64,000 bases of DNA from the NCBI GenBank assembly GCA_013239625.1, contig MU054323.1, forward strand, positions 19,176,819-19,240,818, written 5' to 3'. The notes under the pieces are model-generated. The model made no database searches. It saw nothing but the letters and a program-made list of their open reading frames with translations, and was not told where the DNA came from. Source of the stretch: Lama guanicoe. Taxonomy: Eukaryota. How positions within the stretch are numbered: the first letter of the stretch is position 1; each line of letters begins with the position of its first letter. Below are positions 37,781-49,205 of this stretch, piece by piece. The position numbers were made by a program, and so were the translations under genes.

Positions 37781-40700
37781 AAGAGATCAGCAACTTAAAA
37801 CAGTCCTATATATGCAGCTATATAAAATCCTCATGGTAACCACAAACCAAAACTGTATAACAGATACACAAAAAAAGAAAAAAGAATCCAAACTTTAACA
37901 CTAAAGACAGTCATCAAATCACAAGAGAAAAGAACAAAAGAAGAAAGGAATGAAAAAGACCTACAAAGACAACTCTAAAACAATCAACAAAATGGCAATA
38001 AGAACATACATATCAATAATTATTTTAAATGTAAATGGATTAAATGCTCCAATCAAAAGACATACAGTGGCTGAATGGATACAAAAACAAAACCCATACA
38101 TATGTTGCTTCCAAGAGACTGACTTCAGATCTAAAGATATACACAGACTGAAAGAGCCTGGTAAAAGGTATTCCATGCCAATGGAAATGAAGAGAAAGAC
38201 AGAGTAGCAATAGTTATATCAGACAAAATAGACCTTAAAGACTGCTATAAGAGACAAAAAAAGGACATTCCCTAGTGATCAAGGGATCAATTCAAGACGA
38301 TTAACAATTGTGAATATATACACACCAAACATAGGAGCACCTAAATACATAAAACAAATATTAACAGACATAAAGGGAGAAATCAACAGTAAGACAATAA
38401 TAGTAAGGGACTTTATCATACCACTTACATCAACGGACAGATCACCCAGATGAAAAATCAAAAACAAAAACACTGGCCTTAAATGACACTTTAGACCAGA
38501 TGGAATTAATAGATAGATCTAGAACATTCCATCCAAAAGCAGCTGAATACACATTCTATTCAAGTGCCCGTGGAATATTCTCTAGAATATATCACATGCT
38601 AGGCCACAAAGCAAGCCTCAGTAAATTTAAGAAAATTAAAGTCACATTAAGAATCTTTTGTGACCACAACACTATGAGACTAGAAATCAACTATAAGAAA
38701 GAAAGAAAGAAAAAAAAACTACAAAAAGCACAAACATGGAAAGACTAAACAATGTGCTAATAGACAACTAATGGATCACTAAAGAAATCAAAGAAGAAAT
38801 TAAAAGAAAAATACCTAGAGAGAAATGAAAACAAAAACATAATGATCCAAAAATCTATGAGATGCTGCAAAGGCAGTTCTAAGAGGGAAGTTTATAGCAA
38901 CACAAGCTTACCGTCAGGAAACAAGAAACATCTCAAATAAACAACCTAACATTACACCGAAAGGAACTAGAAAAATAAGAACAAAGAAAACCCATATTTA
39001 GTGGGAGGAGAGAAATCATAAAAATCTGAGAAATTAAATGACATAGAGTCTAAAAAACAGTGGGGTGGGAGAAGGTAATAGCTCAGTGGTAGAGCATGTG
39101 CATAGCATGCATGAGGTTCTGGGTTCAATCCCCAGTACCTCTATTTAAAAAAAAAAAAAAGAAAAAGAAAGATGCAAAGATATGGTGTGGTCTGTCATCT
39201 TTCATCTTCCCTTGTTGAATCTAGAGCATCTATTCATACTTTCACTGCATTTCCTTCCAAAAACTAAGGAAAGGTAAAAACAAAAGAAAAAAACAGAAAA
39301 AAAGAAAACACTGAGACTAAAAGCTGGTTTTTTGAAGAGATAAACAAAATTGGCATGCCTTTAGTAAGATTCATCAATTAAAAAAGAGAGAAGGTCGGAA
39401 TCAATAAAATAATAAAATGAAAAAGGAGATTTTACAAACAATACCTGAGAAACTCAAATGATCATAAGAGACTACTATAAACAACTATATAAATTCTTAG
39501 AAATCTCCCAAGACTGAACCAGAAAAAAAATAGAACATATGAGCAGATCAGTTACCAGTAATGAAATTGAATCAGTAATTTTAAAACTCCCAAGGTAGAA
39601 AAGTCCTGGACCACATGGCCTCCACCAAACATTTAGAGAAAAGTTACCACCTGTCCTTCTCAAATTATTCCAAAAACTCACAGAGTAAGAAACACTTCCA
39701 AACTCATCCTATGAGGCCAGCATCACCCTGATACCAAAACCAAAAATATCACAAAAAAAGAAAATTACAGACCAGTATCACTGATGAACATAAGTGTAAA
39801 AATCCTCAACAAAATATTGGCAAACTGAATCCAACTAGACATAAAGGATTATGCACCATGATCAAGTGGGATTTATCCCAGGGATACAAGGATTTTTCAA
39901 TATCCTCTAAATCAATCAGTGTGACACACCACATTGACAAATTGAAGAATAAAAACCATATGATTATCTCAGTAGATCCAGAAAAGTCTTTTTAGAAAAT
40001 TCAACATCCAGTTATGATAAAAACTCTCCAGAAAGTGAGCATATATATGAGTGAGGGAATATACCTCAGCATAATAAAGGCCATGTGTGACAAACCCACA
40101 GCTAACATCATCATACTCAGTGATGAAAAGCACTTCCTGTAAGGTCAGGAGCAAGACAAGGAGGCCCACTCATGCCACTTTTATTCAACATATTTTTGGA
40201 AGTCCTAGCCTCAGTAATGGGACAAGAAAAGAAAGAAAAGGAATCAAAATTAGAAAGGAAGAAGTAATACTGCCACTATCTGCGGATGACATGATACTAT
40301 ACATGGAAAATCATAAAGCTGCCACCAGAAAACTCCAAAAGCTCATGAATAAGTTTGGTAAAATGGCAGGGTACAAAATTATTATACAGAAATCTGTTAC
40401 ATTTCTATACACAAACAACAAACTATCAGAAAGAGAAAATAAGGAAAATATCATTTATCATCACATCAAAACTAATAAAATACTAAGAAAAAACCTACGT
40501 AAGGAGGTAAAAGACTTGTATTTGGAAAATTATAAGATGCTGATGAAAGAAATGGAAGACAACACAAACAGATGGAAAGATATACTGTGTTTTTGGATGG
40601 GAAAAAAATCAGTATTGTTAAAATGACCATAATACCCAAGGCTATCTATAGATTCAGTGCAATTCCTACCAAAATTCCAAGGGCATTTTTCACAGAACAA

Positions 40701-41485
40701 GGACAAATAATTTTAAAATTTGTGAGGACACACAAAAGACTCTGAACAGCCAAAACAATCTTGAGAAAGAAGAAAAGGGCTGTAGGTATCACATTCCCTG
40801 ACTTCAGGCTATACTACAAAGCTATGTTAATCAAAACAGTATGACACTGGCATAAAAACAGACACATAGGTCAATGGAACAGAATAGAGAGCCCAGAAAT
40901 AAATCCACGCACTTATGGTCAATCAATCAACAACAAAAAAGGCAAGACTATATAATGGGAAAAAAAGGCAGTCTCCTCAATAAGTGGTACTGGGAAAACT
41001 GGATAGATGCATGTGAAAGAATTGTATTAGATCATTCTCTAACAGTATATACAAAAATGAACTCAAAATGGATGAAAGACCTAAATGTAAGAACGGAAAC
41101 CATAAAACTCCTAGAAGAAAACATGGGTGGAACACTCTTTGACATAAATTGCAGCAATATTTTTTGGATCAGTCTCCTAAAGGAAATAAAAGGAAAAATA
41201 AACAATCGGACCTAATTACACTTAAAAGCTTTTGCACTGAGAAAAAATAACAAAACAACCTGACGAATGGAAGGAAATATTTGCAAATGATATGACTGAT
41301 AAGGAGTTAATATGCAACATATATAAACAGCTCATACACCTCAATATCAAAAGAACAAAGAACCCAGTTTAAAAATGGGCAGAAGACTTGAACAGACATT
41401 TTTCCAGACAAGACATACAGATGGCCAACAGGCATTTGAAAAGATGCTCAATGGGTATACCTCAATTTAAAAAATAAATTTTAAA
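37781..41485 (+). mobile_element. LINE-1 fragment: inter-ORF region plus disrupted ORF2 (endonuclease, RT), 3' portion mostly deleted
   Basis: Peptides IIILNVNGLNAPIKRH..EWIQKQ..CCFQET (EN), TFHPKAAEYTFYSSARG (EN), LSADDMILYMEN (RT) and LNKWYWENW; many frameshifts and stops. Confidence 0.95.
39061..39170 (+). mobile_element. tRNA-Ala-derived SINE, camelid Vic-1 type
   Basis: Pol III A box tagctcagtgg (39079-39089), B box ggttcaatccc (39122-39132), body 'agagcatgtgcatagcatgcatgaggttctgggttcaatccccagtacctc' and A-tail 39147-39170. Confidence 0.9.
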
Positions 41486-44458
41486 GAATACAGAGGACCT
41501 GAACATTACCAACAAATTAGACCTACTTGATATTTATAGAGCATTTTACCCAACAGCAGAATATTTCCTGCAGACCCCATAGCTATTAAAGACATAAGAA
41601 GGAAATAGTACAAACAACATTATGCCCAAATATTTCACAACTTGGAATAAAACAATTTTGACAAACACAAACCACCAAATGTCTACCAATGACTTAGAAA
41701 TAGATAACTTGAATAGTCCTGTGTCTATCTACTAAAGAAATTAAATTCAAAGTTAAAAACTTTCCAAATAAACACACACACATATGCACACACAAAACTC
41801 CAGGTCAACATGATTTTACTACTAAATTCTCTCAAATATTTAAGAAAGAATTATCATTTCTACACAATTTATTCCATAAAGTAGGAATGTAGAAAATACT
41901 GTCTAACAATTTACAAAGACACATTTATCCTAAAATTAAAATCAGAAAAACATAGAAAAATTACAGATGAATATATTTCATGAATATAGACTCAAAAAAC
42001 CCTCAACAATATATTGCTAAATTAGATCTAACAATATATACAAATGTTAATACTTCACTATCAACTGGGATTTATTCCAGGAATGCAAAGTTGGTTTAAC
42101 ATTTTTAAATCAGTTGATATAATTTATTACACTGACAGAATAAAGGAGAAAATACGCATGACCATCTTGAAAGAAACAAACTAAAAAAATTGACAACGTT
42201 CAGCATCCATCCATGATAAAAAAAAACGCTCTTAAAACTAAAATCAAAAAGGAATTTCGTCAACCTTTAAAGGGTTTCTACAAAAATCCCAGAACTAGAA
42301 TCATATGTAATGGTGAAAGATTGAATGCTTTACTATTAATTTTAGACACAAGGCAAAGAAGCCTCTGTCATCACTTCTAATCAACTTCATATTATTACAA
42401 CTTCATCACTGGCACAACAAAGCAAGAAAAAGAAATAGGAGGCATGCAGATCGAAATGAAGACATAAAACTGTCTCTGTCTGTAGACAACACGGTCGTCT
42501 ATGTAGATAATCCCAAATAATTTAAAATATAGCTCTTGGCACTGATAAATGAGTTTATTAATGAGCACAACTAACACTCTGATCTTGTATTGCCAAGTAT
42601 TATAGGAGGGGTAGGAAAAGGGAGGGGAGAGGAGAGACTTGAAGAAAGAAAGAAGAGAGAAGGTAGGGTTGAACAGAGTGCTAGCATGAAGCAACTCCTA
42701 ATGACCAAGGAATAAAATGAATACCTATCAGGTTAATGGATATAAATAAATAACCGAATGAATAAATTAATATGGGAAAAGGGATCATTGTTTCTTATGG
42801 AAAAATGTCTAAATAAATAAATAAATACTGCCCTGAAGTTGTTTTTCTCCCTCCCTAGCAGAAAGTACCTAAACTCTCCTCTTCAATTCCTATACATAAA
42901 GATTCTGTTGTTTGTGATGACACAATTATAATTTCATAATCTTATAAATGAAAACTTGACAATGCATTCTAAGTATTTTCAAAAGAAAGTTAAAATTGCC
43001 TCCCTCACTTATAAAATTTTTATTTCTCACATTGTTCACATACCTGCTACCTCACAAAATCCCTTGAGAAGGAAAAAAGAATTCTTTTTTTTTGGCTCTA
43101 GAAATCTGACAATGGAGCAAAGCAACTGAACTTCAAGATAACATAATCATCTCTCAATTTCTATTTGCTTGTCTGCTCTCATTACTCTCTGTGCAATTTC
43201 AGTGCCTACCCTAGATTAGAATGATGGGAAGATCATTCAATAGGTATCATCTAAATGTATGTGTTCTCTCAAAGCACTTGAATTTGGTCAATTCTTCAAC
43301 TGGTTTCTGAAATCACACAATTTTCCCTTTAAGGGACTATTTCTTATAAGCACTACTGTGTTTTGCTATCTATAAAGTACATTATTAAGGCTCTCTTTGG
43401 TTCAAGTAGACTTTTAACTTGTAGTAGTAATAATTAAACATCATATATAAACAAATGACAAAATGGTTCCAAAATCACTCATATGTCATATAGTCTGTTC
43501 CTGACTGAAGAAGAATGATAAAAGGGGCCCACGATCTTTCTGCTTATAGCTTGTAGTTCCATTCCATTGCATGGTGTTATCATTACTTCTGAACATACAA
43601 CTTTAGGATGAGAATAAAACATCCTGTGCTTGTAATCATTCAAAATCTTCACCATGTGTGTTCAATTGTCAATGAAATGGCAGGATACTTTTATTTTGCC
43701 TTCTATAAATATTTTTTCAGGTAAATTCACTATATCACTAGCTGTTTGAGACCAAGAACTCTCAACAAGCCAGTCAAGTAGAAGCAAGATTTAATTTATC
43801 ATTACCCACAGAGCTGTCAGATTTAAAGATGATTTCTTATTGTTCTGATCTGCTCAACTGCACAATGTACAAGAAGCACTTGTAATACCACTAATCTTCA
43901 GGTGTACGGCAGAATATAATTCAGAAAGATGTTTTTCAGTAATAAGATTCTAGATGGAACGCTGTATGTAGAATTGATACTGTGAGCAAATCTCAAAAAT
44001 AGTTTATTAAAATTGGTAGGTATAAAAATTATTTCAACATGTCTTATTTAAATTTTAGTCACTATACATGTAAAACTATAAGGAATTATTTTCAAAAGTA
44101 TTCTTGTAAAATCAATTGTCTTGAAGTTTGATGAGAACAAAATTGTTTTTTCAATACTTCATTTTCCTCCAGTAACTATTTTTATTCACTCTTTAAATTA
44201 TTTATTATTCTCAAATCAAAGATGCCTAACCATAAAGTTTTTCATTACATGTTATTTTGGAGGGTTTTTTTTTTCCTTATGAAATTTTGAGCTAGATTAT
44301 ACTGCTTCGAAATTCATCTTTACATGATAAGATAATTCTAAAAGAATATTTTTCTTTTCCAAATACCCATGGTATAACTGGAAAAAGAATAAAAATTAAG
44401 TAGAGTTTATACAGATTATTTTTAATATTATTAGTCATAAAACTGAAACCAAGACCCT

Positions 44459-45190
44459 TATAACTGAGTCCCCCGGCCAAGTTTATGATTAACTTCTCCA
44501 TCTAAAACCTCATTTCCTTTCTTGTTCATACTTGTTCCCCCTCATATCAAAGAAAAAGAGGGACTATAAGCAAGCAGGATGCTACGGGGTCTTCCTCAGA
44601 TAGACCCCACCATGTCTTCTGCCTGCCTCTTGTTTGTAGAAAAGCTTTAGTCTGCCAGGCCTTCCAAGTCTCAAAAGGCTGGCTGAAGAGTTAATGATTA
44701 GGGAATATGAAGCTGTAGAAACAAAGAATAGCCATTGGGCTGGGAAATTGGTAACAATATAGACTATTAACTAGCCACATAGCAGATCACCAAACTCCCA
44801 GTCCCCTGAAAGATACAGATAAAGGTCTGACACACATTCCTAAGTTGTTTTTACAGGAAGCAGACTGCCACCAGATGAAAGCTGCTGACTGCAAGTAGGT
44901 AGACCCCAGACTAGTTGCAACCAGAAGACCAGTGATGCTTGAAATTTCACCTTGAAGCCAGTCAATCCAAGAATTGTGCGTGAGCTGATCACATACTCCA
45001 CAGCACTCACCCTCATCACTGCCTTTAAAACCTCTTAACCGGCAACTTGGAGATGGTCTTAGGCCATTAGTCCACCATCTTCCCAGGTTGCTGGCCTCCT
45101 GAATAAAGCGATTTTTCCTTTTCCACCAACACTTGTGTCTTGACTATTGGCCATTCAAGTGGCGAGCAGCTGAACTTGGGTTCAGTATCT
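44459..45190 (+). mobile_element. ERV1-type solo LTR
   Basis: GC-elevated block with LTR order: TATA-like tttaaaa (45024-45030), aataaa (45102-45107) and U5-like end 'tattggc..ggcgagcagctgaacttgggttcagta'. Exact termini and TSD are unresolved. Confidence 0.7.
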
Positions 45191-47279
45191 GCCTCATCCA
45201 GTAACAAAACACCAGACAATTCCGTCAGATTAGAATTCGGATATAATGTCTCTAGGATTCTGCTTTGGATTTTATATTATTATCAACATTTTTTGTTTGA
45301 AAGCTGTGTATGCTCTGAAATATTATCAAGCTAGCAATCTTTTACTGATTGATCGTATAAGATCCCTAATAACTGTTTTTTTACACAATGGTTATAACAC
45401 ATGTGGAAGTATTTTTAATGCATAATACAAGTTACCTATTAATATTATTTAGGATTGAGGTTTCCTGTGATTACTCTGTTTAGTTTGTATTTTATTATCG
45501 TCATATTTTTCTTAACTTGCAAATTTAGTGTATTTTCTTTATCTACAATCTTTATGACTCATGTTTCACAGCATGATCTTTGAAAGGCTACTTATAAAAA
45601 TGTGCTATGCCATTTCATGATCTTTATGTACTTTGGAGAAATAAGGATTTTAAATAAGTTAAAAGTTTAAAATCTTTTACGTTCTTGTGAAGTATGTATT
45701 TTCAACAAGAAAAACGAAGCTGCTGAATTGAAAGAGCAAATCTTGAAGAGTTTTAGTTCATAAGATTGCCTAATCTGGTCTTCTGATCACTAAATGCTGA
45801 CAACCTAAGGAAGCTCCCCAAAGACGGTAAATCACGGGAATCTTGTAAATCACTTGCTTGGGCAAGTTTCATACACCTCCTGACAGGCCTCAGGTAAATA
45901 ACTGTGCATAAGGACTCTCACCAACCAAGGCTGCACCTTTCATTTAATTTGGCCAGCTCCCAAACAGAAAGGGCAAAAAAGTCTTTAAAGAAATAAAGAT
46001 AATGGATTGAAGGAGAAAAGGATAGGGCGAGAAAAAGACCAGAGAAATCCAGTTTCTTAGTTAATGCGTATGTGGTTACATCTATACATTTACTAGTTTA
46101 ACCTCTTTTAGAACTGCATTTTTGTAAAGGCAGGCAGCATGTCTGCCTGTAATAAGCATGACTTTATTGGTCTTTGCAAAATAATAATTGGTAAGAGAAA
46201 GGGAGGCTTATTACAACTTTTCAGCAAAATACACTTTTCTGTAAACAATACTGATTTCAGTGTAATGGTCCTTTATGAGTTGCCTTCAAGGAAACTCATT
46301 TTATATAGTGATTAAAAGATATACAAAGCCCCCTCTTCCTGTGGCTTTAATAACTTATATCAATTGTTGGTAATTTAAGTGGATGCTTTGGTATTCAGCT
46401 GTGCTGAAACAGTTACATTCACAGTTAATGAATGAATGGACCATCCCTACAGAGTTGATGGGCGAGGTGCCTCTCCCTTTGCTGAATGAATGAATTTTAC
46501 TGTTCCAGGTCTCCTGTGCCTACTCACCATCACCCCCCCAAAGCACTTTTTAAAGCAATTATGCTTCCATATAAAGCCAATACTGAAACAAATTTTGATG
46601 ATAAAAATAATAATTTTCTTCAGTTCAGTATCCTGAGTTGTTTTAATGTTTAGCAAACAACTCTCCAGAGCAACTTTCTCTATAATTTGTTCTGTTTCAT
46701 TCTTATTGGAAAGCACAGGACAAAGGCATGTTGAATGTTTGTTCTGAAGCTTCTGAGACAGATCTTCTTTTGATGGGAGTGGTTTGGAAACCACTCCAAC
46801 TCACTCGGGAGGCCTTTACTGCATTCACTTGGAACTGTTTCTAATATGACCTTAAAAATAATTCGCTAAATTTTCTACAGGAGGCAAACAAATATAACTT
46901 CCCCAATACCATTTTTTCCCATTTTTGGTAGAGAAAAACTGGCTTTCTATTCAACTCCTCCTTCTTGTTAGAGTTTTTATATTGTCAACAAAACCATAAT
47001 TGCTATGTAAGTCTAATTTTCAAAGAAAATTAAAAAATCCACTTTGTATTGAAAGCTTCCAAAGGGGGAGGAAATGTTTCAAATTTGGAGAATAGCTAGC
47101 AGGATGTAGGTAAAATTTGAGAAAACACTTTAGGAAGATTTATTTTTTCAGGAAGTGTTATACTTGAAACATTGGAATCATAGCGCCTAATTAATGTTTA
47201 ATGCTGGCAGACAAATACAAAGGGGAAAGCAGCCAAGTTTCAATGGCCACTTCCCTAAAAAGAAATAGAAACTTTCTAA

Positions 47280-48270
47280 TCAATCAACATGCAGCATTTA
47301 TTGTGCAGTCTATTGCATGTCTATCATTAGTCTGTGTGTTGCAGGGAATACAAAAGAATGAGAAACCAGAACTTTGCCTCACAGTAAGACAACATCCAAT
47401 CAGATAGCTAGCTTAAAAAATCCAGTATCTACCGACCTCAAGTTGCTCTGAACCCAAGGTTTTATTAAGAGGTACATCAATGAAAGATAGAATTTAAGCT
47501 GACCCTAGCAGGATGACTAGGGTCTGAAGAGATGAGTGGGGACGTTAGGAGAGCATTCAAGAAGGGGAGAACCATAAGCTGACTTGTAGGGCCATCATTT
47601 CAGCCTGAGCAGAGTTCTGCATGCTTATCATACCATCATGGCAGGTTAGGCTGTGTCTGCTAGGCTGAATTCAGAAAACGTGTAGAAATGTTGTGCTATG
47701 ATTCAGAGAGTTACTAAGTTTTTTGAACAAGGAAGTGGAGCAATAAAATTGGCATTTATAACAATTGCAAGAAAGATGTATGTCAACAGAGAACAACTGA
47801 AACAGCCATGTAGCTGCCCAGGCACGAGGGGATGTGAGTCTAACGAGGGCTCAGGCTTCAAGAGCACAGAGAAAGGGATAGACATGGATGGTGTTTTGAA
47901 GGAGGTAACACTTGACCTACTGGACATGGGAGGTTAAATAAAAGAATTACTCCAAAGTGACTTATAGAATCCAGCTCAGATAACAAAGGAAGTGGAGTTC
48001 TTTTGGCAGAATCAGGAAGGTCTAGATGAAAGTTGTTTTAACAGAGGTGCGTATGTGTGTGCGCACACACACTCGCACATGTGAGAAAGGGGGAGAGAGA
48101 GGGAAGGAAGGAGGGAGGGAGGGAGAGCGAAACGTAGCTGAGGTGGTAGGAGGGAGAGAATGGACAATACAGTGGGTTTTCATTTTTAACACTGATTTTG
48201 GAATGATGGCAGGACATTCAAAGGGTGATTTCTAAGTGATGGCTGGAAAAGATACAGGATAAGAGCAAAA
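47280..48270 (-). mobile_element. L2 LINE fragments (with internal GT/CA and GGA simple repeats at ~48050-48128)
   Basis: 'caatcaacatgcagcatttattgtgcagtcta', 'tttaagctgaccctagcaggatga', 'aagttttttgaacaaggaagtg', 'actggacatgggagg'. Confidence 0.65.
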
Positions 48271-48544
48271 AAAAACCAATGGAATACTCTAGGAAGCCTG
48301 AAGCCGGTCAGCTACCATTCAGTGGATCTTCTTCCTAAAAAGGAACAATATCCCTTTCCTGTCACTCACTTGATGTTTTGTTAATTATTATTACTTCTAT
48401 GATTTCTCCCATGCCTACCACATAGGGTTGGCAACTGGGTCATAATATAAATAAATTTACTTCATAAGTTGTAAAGGGCTATGCAAATCTATATGCCACC
48501 ATTACATCCTATCTTACCTTTATATTGCTTTTTAAAAGCCACTA

Positions 48545-49205
48545 TATCCATACTTCTTAAGTGTCAGCTACACAGAAGTGACTTCCTTCCAAAGAATGCA
48601 GTTTTGTAAAGGAGAAGAGAGGTGTAACTCTTTAGCAGAGAAAGCTGACTGCAACTACCTTGGCCAAGTGATCAATGTTAACATGAGTATCATGTCACAT
48701 GGACATTATGAAACCTGGATAGGCTGTAATGAATATGGCACTTTACCTCTGTTGTCTTCCTCCAAAATCCCATAACCTCAGTCTAACCACAAGAAAAAAA
48801 TATCAGGCAAATCCCAGTTGAGGAAGATTCTGCAAAACACTTGAGCAGTATTCCTCAACAGTGTCAGGGTCATCAAAAATGAGAAAAGTCTGAGAAATTT
48901 TCACAATTAAAAAAAAAAAAGCCTAAGGGGCCATGAATGCTGAATTCTCTGTGATATCTTAGATAAAATCCAGGAATATTAAAGAAGGGGGACATTAAGT
49001 TAAAAGAAAGTAAATCCGACTACTAAAGTATGGAATTTAGTTAAAAACGTTTCAAGATCAATTCGTTACTTGCGACAAGTATGCCATACTAAGGTATTAA
49101 TAATAAGGGAAATTGGGAGTGGGGTATATGGGAACTCCCTACTATTTTGGCAAGTTTTCTTAAATCGAAAGGTATTCTAAACAAAAAAGTTTCGCTAAAA
49201 AAAAG
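48545..49205 (+). mobile_element. L1MC/L1MD-type 3' UTR
   Basis: 'gtgacttccttccaaagaatgcag', 'actaccttggccaagtgatcaatgttaaca', 'ggggtatatgggaactccctactattttggcaag..ctaaacaaaaaagttt'. Confidence 0.85.

Larger units (their letters stand above)
37410..42580 (+). mobile_element. Old L1 ORF2 remnants (~37410-37780 and ~41486-42580) hosting a younger L1
   Basis: Decayed endonuclease start before 37780. After 41486: 'gaggacctgaac..gacctacttgatatttataga', 'gggatttattccaggaatgcaaagttggtttaacat', 'tgtagacaacacggtcgtctatgtagataatcc'. Confidence 0.75.

Noticed and set aside
39061..39142. tRNA-Ala-like gene
   Set aside because: It has an A-tail and TSD, sits inside an L1 and lacks a TTTT terminator, so it is a SINE.
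40087..41215. Long ORFs of 179 aa and 113 aa
   Set aside because: They are frameshifted pieces of L1 ORF2 (RT and C-terminal regions), not a functional CDS.
46447..46794. 115-aa minus-strand ORF
   Set aside because: No recognisable homology, non-ATG start and AT-rich composition; likely chance.
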